DNA from: a virus
Taxonomy: Duplodnaviria > Caudoviricetes
DNA: 64,000 bases
Direction: 5' to 3' (one strand)
IMG/VR virus record: IMGVR_UViG_3300032219_002522
Span: 32,001 to 96,000 of that record
Part shown: piece by piece, positions 27,168 through 35,751 of the stretch
Layout: each line of letters starts with the position of its first letter
Position numbering within the stretch: the stretch's first letter is position 1
Notes under the pieces: model-generated
The model's input: the letters and a program-made list of their open reading frames with translations, nothing else
The model's database searches: none
What the model was told of the DNA's origin: nothing
Translations under genes and position numbers: made by a program

Positions 27168-27275
27168 ATGAAAAACTGTAGTAAACATAACATCATTCGC
27201 ATGAACAGTCAGATTAATGGCTGCTATCAAACGGTGGCGTTTTGGGCTAAGGGAAAAGATCCCGATCGAAGCTAA
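27168..27275 (+). CDS. Attenuator leader peptide 2, MKNCSKHNIIRMNSQINGCYQTVAFWAKGKDPDRS
   Basis: Contains codons for all 7 downstream tRNAs and no ATA/TTA/AGA/TCN; the last codons form the antiterminator strand. Confidence 0.7.
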   Translation: MKNCSKHNIIRMNSQINGCYQTVAFWAKGKDPDRS

Positions 27276-27336
27276 TACAAGAAATCATATTTAGATATTT
27301 TGAAAAGGCTTTGATTAACTTCAAAGCCTTTTTTTT
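27264..27336 (+). terminator. Attenuator 2: terminator with alternative antiterminator
   Basis: Terminator AAAAGGCTTTGA-TTAACT-TCAAAGCCTTTT plus T tract (27303-27336); GATCGAAGCT (27264-73) pairs with GGCTTTGATT (27307-16). Confidence 0.75.
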
Positions 27337-27352
27337 GTTCTTTGACATATTG
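27337..27352 (+). promoter_or_regulatory. boxA-like element GTTCTTTGACATATTG
   Basis: Shared by all three ncRNA operons. Confidence 0.55.
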
Positions 27353-27358
27353 GAAATT

Positions 27359-27440
27359 GGGAGCGGTAGCAAAGTTGGTCAATGCACCGGACTGAAAATC
27401 CGGCCATGTGGGTTCGAAGGTTCGAGTCCTTCTACTTCCA
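27359..27440 (+). tRNA. tRNA-Phe(GAA), atypical (12-nt variable region, Tyr-like body)
   Basis: CCGGA-CTGAAAA-TCCGG; T arm GAAGG-TTCGAGT-CCTTC. Confidence 0.75.
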
Positions 27441-27445
27441 CAAAA

Positions 27446-27518
27446 GGTCCCGTAGTTCAATGGATTAGAATGGAACACTACGGATGTTCTGATCCTGGTT
27501 CGAATCCAGGCGGGGTCT
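27446..27518 (+). tRNA. tRNA-Arg(ACG)
   Basis: GAACA-CTACGGA-TGTTC. Confidence 0.9.
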
Positions 27519-27529
27519 CAAACAAATAA

Positions 27530-27603
27530 GGTCGCGTGGCCGAGTGGTTAGGCGCTAGTCTGCAAAACTAGTAACACTGGTTCAATTCCAGTCACGACCT
27601 CCA
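27530..27603 (+). tRNA. tRNA-Cys(GCA) with encoded CCA
   Basis: CTAGT-CTGCAAA-ACTAG, U73, CCA. Confidence 0.9.
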
Positions 27604-27624
27604 AAAAATAAAATAATAAAGCCT

Positions 27625-27756
27625 ATGGATGAAAAAGTGGTAGTAAAAGGAAGTTTCCCCTCTAGTAAAGAAAACTTAAAAAGAGAAACATTAAAATTTA
27701 AACACGCCGAAAGATTAATAAAAAGAATTAAAAGGCTAATTAACAAAGGAAAGTAA
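27625..27756 (+). CDS. Small basic ORF inside tRNA array 2 (43 aa)
   Basis: Own translation MDEKVVVKGSFPSSKENLKRETLKFKHAERLIKRIKRLINKGK*; A-rich upstream region. Confidence 0.4.
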   Translation: MDEKVVVKGSFPSSKENLKRETLKFKHAERLIKRIKRLINKGK

Positions 27757-27833
27757 TCTCAGATGGTGACGGGGCTCGCCTGCTAAGCGAAGCGTACCTT
27801 AATTGGTATTTGGTTCGATTCCAATTCTTTCCG
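27748..27833 (+). tRNA. tRNA-Ser(GCU), divergent
   Basis: TCGC-CTGCTAA-GCGA, long variable arm, G73; some stem mismatches. Confidence 0.75.
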
Positions 27834-27839
27834 CAATAT

Positions 27840-27913
27840 TGACATATAGCTCAGTTGGTTAGAGCGTTGATCTGATACGTCAAAGGCCGAAGGTTCGAAT
27901 CCTTCTATGTCAC
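27840..27913 (+). tRNA. tRNA-Ile(GAU)
   Basis: TTGAT-CTGATAC-GTCAA; TGACATA/TATGTCA acceptor. Confidence 0.85.
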
Positions 27914-27918
27914 CCCAC

Positions 27919-27991
27919 GCCTTTGTAGCTCAGCTGGTAGAGCGCTTCACTTGTAATGAAGTTGTCGCAGGTTCGATTCCTGTCAAAGGCT
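27919..27991 (+). tRNA. tRNA-Thr(UGU)
   Basis: CTTCA-CTTGTAA-TGAAG. Confidence 0.9.
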
Positions 27992-27996
27992 CATAT

Positions 27997-28069
27997 TTTC
28001 CCCTCGTCTAATTGGCGGGACATGTGGTTTTGGACCAGAAGAGTCCAGGTTCGAATCCTTGGAGGAAAA
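27997..28069 (+). tRNA. tRNA-Gln(UUG)
   Basis: Loop TTTTGGA, U1-A72 acceptor. Confidence 0.8.
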
Positions 28070-28111
28070 CAAAAAGATAAATACAATGTCCAGTATGTAA
28101 AATTTAAGATT

Positions 28112-28603
28112 ATGAAAGTTCTAGTATTAAATAACGACTTTACGCCAGTGAGTGTTACCAATATAGCTCGGGGATTCAAACTTGTATATAAAGGTAAAGC
28201 CGAAGTATTAGAACATGACGAATCTAATCCTATTGTTACAGATCAACAAGTTTATAAAAGACCATCAGTTATAAGGCTTTTAAAGTATGTTGTTCTTCCA
28301 TTTAAGAAGCTAAAACCCACTAGGGAGAACATATTTAAGAGAGACGAATTAAAGTGCTTATATTGTGATGCTACAAAGCAGCTTACAATAGATCACGTAA
28401 TCCCTAGATCTAGAGGAGGTATTAATACATGGGAGAATCTAGCAACTTGCTGTTCTAGATGCAACGGTAAGAAAGGAGATAGAACTCCAGAAGAAGCAGG
28501 AATGAAGATGCGTCACAAACCATTTAAACCTGGATATGGATATTTTATCCGGAATTTTTCTAAAGGAATGGATGTTTGGACATCATATCTTCCAGAATAT
28601 TAA
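28112..28603 (+). CDS. HNH endonuclease (McrA-like)
   Basis: VLVLN, RENIFKRD..CLYC, TIDHVIPRSRGG.NTWENLATCCSRCN.KK; true start ATG at 28112. Confidence 0.9.
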   Translation: MKVLVLNNDFTPVSVTNIARGFKLVYKGKAEVLEHDESNPIVTDQQVYKRPSVIRLLKYVVLPFKKLKPTRENIFKRDELKCLYCDATKQLTIDHVIPRSRGGINTWENLATCCSRCNGKKGDRTPEEAGMKMRHKPFKPGYGYFIRNFSKGMDVWTSYLPEY

Positions 28604-28606
28604 TAT

Positions 28607-30253
28607 CTATAGAAGAACTCTTTCAGCATATTCCATAACTGCAGGATGTGTGTCTACTAAATGTTTAACAAGTGCAATAGTATTAGGATCCTCAGAATTT
28701 TGTGTTTGTTCTAGGAAAGATCCTAACATTTCCACTCCATCTTTTGTTAGACCTAATATATTTATAACATCGTTTTTGTCGTATTTATTGTCGCTAAGTT
28801 CTTTAAATAGATCAATATCCTCTAAGCTGAAGAATCCTCCATTCTTCTCAGAGTTAAATGCCTTAACAATTTCATTATATGTTATGGAATTGTCTTTTTT
28901 AATTATAGATACTATAATGTTTTTAAAAGCGTCCATCTCTTCTTTGGAATATTCTCCCTCTTCTATAGATCTTTGAACTCCTAAACTTCCTAGAGCATGT
29001 ATTAAAGCTATATTATTTTTACCTGTTTTTTGTTCTATCGATTGAATAATTTTTTTGATTATCAATTCACTTTCAAAATTTTTAGCTATAGATTCCTCTA
29101 TTTCAGGAGAATAGATTCCGTATTTTTTCATGAAATCTACATAATTTTGATTACCGCTTGAAACGCTACTGTTGCTTCTGTTAGCAGAACTAGTAATTCT
29201 TCCGCTAGGATCTATAGTAAGAGATGTTAGGAATTTATTATCAGTCTTAGGAAGATCTAATAGATTTATAGATATTTGTAGTCTTCCAGTTGTATAGGTC
29301 CAGAATGTTGAATCAGTTCTTATACAATATGGTGCATTTGATACTTTACAAACCGCTCTCATACCTTCCGCTGATCTAGCAGATGTTACCACTATCTTTT
29401 TAGCAATATTATAGTATAGTATTTTTATTGATGGAGATATAGACTTTAAAAGCTCTATAAATTCACCTATTCCTGATCCCCACCCAGATACTTTATCTTC
29501 GCAGTCCCTAACAAAATCTTTAAATGCCACGTAAGTATCTGCAAATTCAGGATAAGTCCTTGTGTCTTTATATTTACTTCCATAATTAATTAGCTGCTCC
29601 TCTGCGGTTTCCTCTATATTAGTTTCAGGATCTACAATAGGCTTTAATTTTTTTATGTCGGTTACTGCGTGATATAGTCTATCTAAAAGTTCAGCCCTTT
29701 CAGGATCAGTATTTTTTAGTTTAAGAGATTCTGCAAATTCTCTTCTTATTGGTCCTACGAAATTATCTATAAATTCCTTTATAGGCTTTTGTGCTTCTAC
29801 ATTCTCTAGATCATCCCATAGTTTTTCATAAGCTCTTTCACCCTGTGGTGTTCTTTTTATATAATTATCAATGTTACCAAAAGGAAGAGGAAACGTAGAA
29901 AGCATCGGAGACATTTGCTCATATTTTCTATAAAGGTTCTCTACTGAAAAAGAATTAGGATCGTTATCTCCATTGGACATTGGTAATTTCTCTACTATAC
30001 GAAAATACGTAAAAGGATACACCAAACCTGGTTTTTTAACTTTATTTAAAAAGTAATCTCTTACTTCTATGTAATCTGGATTGCTTAATATTTTTTTCTC
30101 TTCCTCTGGAGTAAATTCTATCTTCTCCATAGGATCTAATTTAAGCCTCCTTTTTTTATCGTCTGCTGCTAATTTTAATAAAAGAGCCTTAGCGGGAGCC
30201 ACATTTTCATTGATTGGATAAAATTGGTCGAATGATTTTAAATTTCTATTCAT
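28607..30253 (-). CDS. Putative internal virion protein, paralog A
   Basis: MNRNLKSFDQFYPINEN; collinear with 30266..31933. Confidence 0.6.
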   Translation of the reverse strand: MNRNLKSFDQFYPINENVAPAKALLLKLAADDKKRRLKLDPMEKIEFTPEEEKKILSNPDYIEVRDYFLNKVKKPGLVYPFTYFRIVEKLPMSNGDNDPNSFSVENLYRKYEQMSPMLSTFPLPFGNIDNYIKRTPQGERAYEKLWDDLENVEAQKPIKEFIDNFVGPIRREFAESLKLKNTDPERAELLDRLYHAVTDIKKLKPIVDPETNIEETAEEQLINYGSKYKDTRTYPEFADTYVAFKDFVRDCEDKVSGWGSGIGEFIELLKSISPSIKILYYNIAKKIVVTSARSAEGMRAVCKVSNAPYCIRTDSTFWTYTTGRLQISINLLDLPKTDNKFLTSLTIDPSGRITSSANRSNSSVSSGNQNYVDFMKKYGIYSPEIEESIAKNFESELIIKKIIQSIEQKTGKNNIALIHALGSLGVQRSIEEGEYSKEEMDAFKNIIVSIIKKDNSITYNEIVKAFNSEKNGGFFSLEDIDLFKELSDNKYDKNDVINILGLTKDGVEMLGSFLEQTQNSEDPNTIALVKHLVDTHPAVMEYAERVLL

Positions 30254-30265
30254 GGTTTTTTTTAT

Positions 30266-31933
30266 TTATAATAGGATTCTTTCAGCATATTCAATCACCT
30301 CAGGACCTGAATCTATTAGATGTTTAACTAGAGTAATTGTATTAGAATCTTCTGTAGATCCAACTTGATTTAGAAAATCTGTAAGATCATCTATTCCGAG
30401 TTTTGTAAGATTTATTATATCTAAAGCATCCTCTTTTTTATAATTTCCCTCAGTTATAATTTTAAAAAGATCTATATCTGACTTAGACATAAATAATCCC
30501 CCTGGAGATTTGAAATCTGATATTATAGAATCATAGCTTATTTTATTATCTTTTTTAAGAATAGCTACTATAAGATCTCTGTACTGAAGCATTTCTTCTC
30601 TGGTATAATCACCTTTTTCTATAGACTTTTGTACTTCTAAACTTCCTAATAATAGAACAAGTGACTTCGAATCCGAAGAACTAGCTTTTTGCTCTAAGGT
30701 CTGTATCAAATTTTTAATAGTTAATTCAGATCTAAAGCTTCTTTCTATAGATTGTATTACTCCTGCATGATCTATTTCAGGTAAATATCTACTTATAAAA
30801 TCCTTATAGTTTTCATTAGGTTTAGAAGGTTGAGGAGCTCCCATATTAACCCTAGTTCTAGCTTCTTTTATTGTTCCATCTTTTCTTACTGTAAATGTAG
30901 TCAGATATTTAAGATCCAATTTTGTAAGATCCATCATATTGATAGATATCTGTAGGCATCCTCCAGTTATACTAAAGAAATTTCCTTTGCTTGCTATACA
31001 TAAATCAGCATTAGATACCTTACAAACCTCTTTTATGCCTTCAAATGATCTGGAAGAAGTTACAACAACCTTCGTTGCGTTATCACTATATAATAATTTT
31101 ATAGACGGAGCTATATTTTCAATCTCTATAAGAAATTCCTCTATTCCAGATTCCCATCCCTCTAGCTTTTCTACACAATCGTTAACAAACAACACAAATC
31201 TTTGTCTTGGATTTTCAAATTTATAATTATTATAAAGATCTAAATATTTTTTAGAACCAGCTATTAATGTGGATTCTGGCGTATGAGATTTACCTGCTGA
31301 ATCTATTTTTGGTGATAGATTTTTAAAAGCAGTATAAGAGGAATATAATTTGTCAAGTAATTCTTTACTTTCGGGATCCTTATCTCTTAGCTGTACAGAT
31401 TTTTTAAATTCGTCCCTAACATCTTTGGATTGTATTTTATCAACAAATCCTTTTAATCCCTTCATAGAAATGATATTTTCTAAATCGCTAAAAAGGACCT
31501 CATAAGCAGGAATAGTTGATTTTTTTAATTCTTTATCCTTAATATAATTGTCTATATTTCCTAGAGGTAAAGGAAATATTGGAAAGTTAGGGGCTGCTTG
31601 TAAATATAGATTTATTAGATTTTCAACACAGAACTCTCTTTCGTCATAATTGCCCTCCGAATCCTTCTGACTATATCTTGGGAGCTTCTCAACAAACATA
31701 AAATAAGTAAAGGGATATACTAATCCTGGCTTCTTTACTACGTTTAATAAATAGTCTCGAAGCTCTGTATAATCAGGATTGCTTAATATTTTTTTCTCCT
31801 CTTCTGGTGTAAATTTTACATTCCCTTCTGGAGAGGACCTTCTACTCTTTTTTGATGCTAGTTTTAATAACAATTCCTTTGCTGCAGTAACGTTCTCATT
31901 GATATTAGAATATCCTTCAAATGTCTTTATCAT
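30266..31933 (-). CDS. Putative internal virion protein, paralog B
   Basis: MIKTFEGYSNINEN; shares FTPEEEKKILSNPDY, KKPGLVYPFTYF and EYAERxLL. Confidence 0.6.
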   Translation of the reverse strand: MIKTFEGYSNINENVTAAKELLLKLASKKSRRSSPEGNVKFTPEEEKKILSNPDYTELRDYLLNVVKKPGLVYPFTYFMFVEKLPRYSQKDSEGNYDEREFCVENLINLYLQAAPNFPIFPLPLGNIDNYIKDKELKKSTIPAYEVLFSDLENIISMKGLKGFVDKIQSKDVRDEFKKSVQLRDKDPESKELLDKLYSSYTAFKNLSPKIDSAGKSHTPESTLIAGSKKYLDLYNNYKFENPRQRFVLFVNDCVEKLEGWESGIEEFLIEIENIAPSIKLLYSDNATKVVVTSSRSFEGIKEVCKVSNADLCIASKGNFFSITGGCLQISINMMDLTKLDLKYLTTFTVRKDGTIKEARTRVNMGAPQPSKPNENYKDFISRYLPEIDHAGVIQSIERSFRSELTIKNLIQTLEQKASSSDSKSLVLLLGSLEVQKSIEKGDYTREEMLQYRDLIVAILKKDNKISYDSIISDFKSPGGLFMSKSDIDLFKIITEGNYKKEDALDIINLTKLGIDDLTDFLNQVGSTEDSNTITLVKHLIDSGPEVIEYAERILL

Positions 31934-31978
31934 TTTTTTTATTTAATAAGATATATATCTAAAATAATTTACATAAAG

Positions 31979-32281
31979 ATGGGTAGAAATATAATAACTA
32001 AGTTATATGAGTTTGTTATGACTCAGCCTTTAACTAAACCTAGGCCAACAACAGTTCCTACAACTCCTACTAGACCTGTAACTCCTCCTGCACCGGCAAG
32101 GCCAGGAAGACCAGTTCCAGACAGAGAGCCTAGACCAGAGGAGACTGAAAGACCGATAGCTAAGGCTTTTGGACAGGCTATGGGAAATATAAAAAGCTCC
32201 CTAGCTCAAGAAAGAGGTACTAAACTAGCAATGGGCATTATAAGTAGGCTAAGAAAGCTTAAAAATTTACCGATGGCATAA
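31979..32281 (+). CDS. Pro/Thr-rich small late protein
   Basis: ORF after the palindromic GATATATATC. Confidence 0.55.
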   Translation: MGRNIITKLYEFVMTQPLTKPRPTTVPTTPTRPVTPPAPARPGRPVPDREPRPEETERPIAKAFGQAMGNIKSSLAQERGTKLAMGIISRLRKLKNLPMA

Positions 32282-33729
32282 TGAAAAATATATCAAAATT
32301 CGACCATTTCATATCTGAGGCTACTCTTAGAGGAAATACAGGATTTCCTGGAGAAACCCCTTCTAATGATAAAAACCAGGACATATACAATACTAGCGGA
32401 GGTGAGGGAAACTTTATAGATGCAATACTTACAGCTAACCAAGAGGAAGCTCAAAGAATGATGAGAGAAATTCCTCAAGACATTAGTAATCTAATGGGTA
32501 ATGCTATAGAAGCTCAAGAAATGCAGAGAGGTCACGAGCAAGAACTTTCAGATTTGGCTGTTGAAGTTATAAGACAAGTATACGGTACTTTTTTAGATGA
32601 TGTAATATTGGATCTTAAAATAGTTACTAGACCAGATCAATCTCTAAGAGATAAAATGGAGAAATGTAAAAATTGTCAACTTCCTAACTTTGTAGAATTA
32701 GAGGATCAAGAAATCATAGATGAAATAAACAGAAGAAAAATAATAAGAACCGTACAACAAGGAAAGGGATTAAATGTAAAGGAGATCATAAACTTGCCAA
32801 TGGTTTCTAAAAGATTAAAACAAATATTAGGAGAAAATGAAGGTGAGGAATACAGAAGACTCGCAAATAAAATAGCAGCAGGAGCTCACTTTTATGACTT
32901 AACTCTAACACCAGCTCAGAAATCCTCAATGTTTAGAGATGCACCTCCGGGAGCATGCGACATAGATATCGAAAAACCTAAGACTAAAGACGAACAAGAG
33001 GAGGAAAAAGAAATAAATCCAGAGGATCTACTAGACGATATACAGAAAGATGGCGAGATAAATCCGGATATGGCCCAAGCTTTAGAGGGAACTCAGTCAA
33101 CAGTTATCGCTAGAGCATTGGATTTTGGTTTATTAATCCATGAATCAGTTAAGGGAGTTTATAAGTTAATAACACAAACTCTTCTTATGCAGGTAGGAGA
33201 TACATTAGGTTTAGAGGCTGCAGACATAGTTAAAGCTAACACTGAAACTATGATGGACGAAATTGAAGAACAAGCTATCGGAAAGACTCTACAAAGAGTA
33301 ATCGGAATTGTTATAAATAGTAACTCTAGAGCAGAAGCTATACTAAAAGATCTTAATAATAACGAGGATTACGAAGGAGCTGCTGCTTTTATAGAACAGC
33401 TACATTGGTTGTTTTATGGAAAGTTAGCTAAAATTACTCCAGCTAAAAAATGCTTAGAGATAACAAATTCTATACTCGCTCAAGCTTTTGATCCTACAGG
33501 AAACAGATTAAAGCCTATTTCAGAGATAGGTAAAAATATGGATAGAAGAGAGGTTGATGTTATTATTAATCAATGTCTAGACGATATGGATGCTGAAAGA
33601 GAATATCAAGACTGGAAGACTAAGTACGGGGGTTCACAAGAGGGATCTTCAGATACAGATCAAGGGGGATCAAAGGGTCCTTCAGGATTCGGCGGATTCA
33701 ATGGATTCGATGGATTTGGATTGAATTAA
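32281..33729 (+). CDS. Putative internal virion protein
   Basis: MKNISKFDHFISE. Confidence 0.6.
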   Translation: MKNISKFDHFISEATLRGNTGFPGETPSNDKNQDIYNTSGGEGNFIDAILTANQEEAQRMMREIPQDISNLMGNAIEAQEMQRGHEQELSDLAVEVIRQVYGTFLDDVILDLKIVTRPDQSLRDKMEKCKNCQLPNFVELEDQEIIDEINRRKIIRTVQQGKGLNVKEIINLPMVSKRLKQILGENEGEEYRRLANKIAAGAHFYDLTLTPAQKSSMFRDAPPGACDIDIEKPKTKDEQEEEKEINPEDLLDDIQKDGEINPDMAQALEGTQSTVIARALDFGLLIHESVKGVYKLITQTLLMQVGDTLGLEAADIVKANTETMMDEIEEQAIGKTLQRVIGIVINSNSRAEAILKDLNNNEDYEGAAAFIEQLHWLFYGKLAKITPAKKCLEITNSILAQAFDPTGNRLKPISEIGKNMDRREVDVIINQCLDDMDAEREYQDWKTKYGGSQEGSSDTDQGGSKGPSGFGGFNGFDGFGLN

Positions 33730-33747
33730 TAAAAAATGAATATTTAT

Positions 33748-33774
33748 AAAGTCCGGTTTAATCCGGACTTTTTT
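33748..33774 (+). terminator. Intrinsic terminator
   Basis: AAAGTCCGG/CCGGACTTT plus T tract. Confidence 0.85.
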
Positions 33775-33823
33775 GTTTTATTAGGAAATTTTTGTGGTAT
33801 TCTATTCTATAAAAAATAAAAAC

Positions 33824-34888
33824 ATGCTATTTGATTTTGATGATATACTAATAGAGCCTGAAATTCACACAAGCATACGCTCTAGAAAGAACGTGGATGT
33901 GTTTGACGAAAAGCAGATGCTTCCTCTCTTTACTGCTCCAATGGATACCGTTGTTAGCATGGATAATTACCAGGTTTTTAATTCCAATAAGATATACAGC
34001 ATCATACCAAGAAAAACTGAATATGAATTAAACGATTTTTCTATAGATCATAAGGTATGGTTTTCCTACGGTTTAGATGATTTTAAAAAAATATTTATTG
34101 ATAACCAAGCTAATATTGTCCTGGGAGATAAAGCTTACGCTCTAATCGATATAGCAAATGGCCATATGAGTATAGTGAAAGAACTCGTTCAAAAATCTAA
34201 AGAGATATACGGAAGAAGTCTAGTTATAATGGTTGGTAACTGTGCTAATCCTTTAACTTATCTTTCACTAGCACAAGCTGGTGCTGACTATGTTAGGATG
34301 GGAATTGGAAATGGAGCTGGGTGTTTAACAACGGTACAAACTGGTATAGGATATCCTATGGCTTCTTTGATACACGAAACCGCAACAATACAGAAGGAGA
34401 GAAATCTTTCCACAAGGATAGTTGCTGACGGAGGATTTAAAAAATACTCTGATGTTATTAAAGCATTAGCTCTTGGAGCAGATTATGTAATGCTAGGAAG
34501 TATCTTCAATAAAGCTTTAGAAAGTTGTGGTGAAACATACGAGGAAAATATAAATCACGGAACTTGGAAAGAACCTGGTGCTAGAGTCGATCAATATTCA
34601 ATAGATATTCTTTTACAATTTGAAGCAGGAAGAAAATTCTATAAGAAATTTAGGGGAATGTCTACTAAAGAAGTTCAGAAGAGTTTAGGTAAGACCAATC
34701 TTAAAACATCGGAAGGAATATCTAAGATGCAACCTGTTGAATATACTCTTACTGGATGGATCGATAACTTTACAGATTATTTAAAATCCGCTATGAGTTA
34801 TACTGACTGTTTATCAATCGGTGAATTTATTGGCAAAGTACGGTTCAATAAAATTTCAAAAAATTCTTTTGATAGGTTTCATAAATAA
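33824..34888 (+). CDS. IMP dehydrogenase / GMP reductase family protein
   Basis: APMDTV, IDIANGH, GIGNGAGCLT, IVADGG, ALGADYVMLG, FRGMST. Confidence 0.9.
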   Translation: MLFDFDDILIEPEIHTSIRSRKNVDVFDEKQMLPLFTAPMDTVVSMDNYQVFNSNKIYSIIPRKTEYELNDFSIDHKVWFSYGLDDFKKIFIDNQANIVLGDKAYALIDIANGHMSIVKELVQKSKEIYGRSLVIMVGNCANPLTYLSLAQAGADYVRMGIGNGAGCLTTVQTGIGYPMASLIHETATIQKERNLSTRIVADGGFKKYSDVIKALALGADYVMLGSIFNKALESCGETYEENINHGTWKEPGARVDQYSIDILLQFEAGRKFYKKFRGMSTKEVQKSLGKTNLKTSEGISKMQPVEYTLTGWIDNFTDYLKSAMSYTDCLSIGEFIGKVRFNKISKNSFDRFHK

Positions 34889-34932
34889 GAAACCTTTAAA
34901 AAAACTATCATATAATAAAGAAAATAGCACAA

Positions 34933-35739
34933 ATGAAAAAATTTGGAAGGTTTAATGATGTGATCAAATGGACAGCTGAACAGATGTACGATTACTCATA
35001 TATTGTTCATACTGAGAAATGGCAAGGAAAGGAGATCAAACATGATCCTAGATATGCTATGATTGAAACATTAAATCTTTCCTTCTCATGTCAGATGTCT
35101 CCAGACATTAAAGTTATTGGAGAACAAATCAAACCTAATTTTGCATGGGCAGACGAGCACTTTGATGAAAGGGTTAGTGGAACACCCCTTAATCCCCCTC
35201 CTTCTCACGTTCGTTGGCCTTATGCTCAAAAAAATAATTCAGAATTTGGAGGCGAAGAAAAATTCTCTCATACCTATCCTGAAAGGGTTTGGCCTAAATA
35301 TGGTGAATTGGAGAACACTTTAAGATCTGATAAGCAGGCTGAAAAGATCAAGGGTATCAGATATGATTATGGAGATTTTAATGATGTTGTTGATTTGATG
35401 GTTAGAGAGCCTTTTACTAGACAAGCATTCCTACCCATTTGGTTCCCAGAAGATACTGGATCAGTTCACGGGGAAAGAGTACCTTGCACTATAGGATACC
35501 ACTTTATTAGAAGAGCAGATTGGGTACATGTTGTTTATTATATTAGATCTTGTGATTTCTTCAGACACTTTAGAGATGATATCTATTTATGTGCTAAGAA
35601 GGTATTTTGGCTTATAGAAGAGTGTAAGAAGAAAGACCCGGAAAATTGGAAAGACGTAAAACCAGGTATGCTTACTATGCACATTACTTCTTTGCATGCT
35701 TGGGCCTCAGAAAAGCCTATGCTTAAGAATTTGTTTTAG
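34933..35739 (+). CDS. Thymidylate synthase-like enzyme (putative dCMP methyl/hydroxymethyltransferase)
   Basis: TRQA, VPCTIGYHF, IRSCDFFRHFRDD, HITSLH; Asp at the position of ThyA Asn177. Confidence 0.7.
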   Translation: MKKFGRFNDVIKWTAEQMYDYSYIVHTEKWQGKEIKHDPRYAMIETLNLSFSCQMSPDIKVIGEQIKPNFAWADEHFDERVSGTPLNPPPSHVRWPYAQKNNSEFGGEEKFSHTYPERVWPKYGELENTLRSDKQAEKIKGIRYDYGDFNDVVDLMVREPFTRQAFLPIWFPEDTGSVHGERVPCTIGYHFIRRADWVHVVYYIRSCDFFRHFRDDIYLCAKKVFWLIEECKKKDPENWKDVKPGMLTMHITSLHAWASEKPMLKNLF

Positions 35740-35751
35740 GATATATATTAG

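Noticed and set aside
27956-28111. N-terminal extension of the HNH ORF (also ORFs 27272..27478, 27311..27529 and 22362..22565)
   Set aside because: These overlap clear tRNA or tRNA-like genes and are spurious translations.
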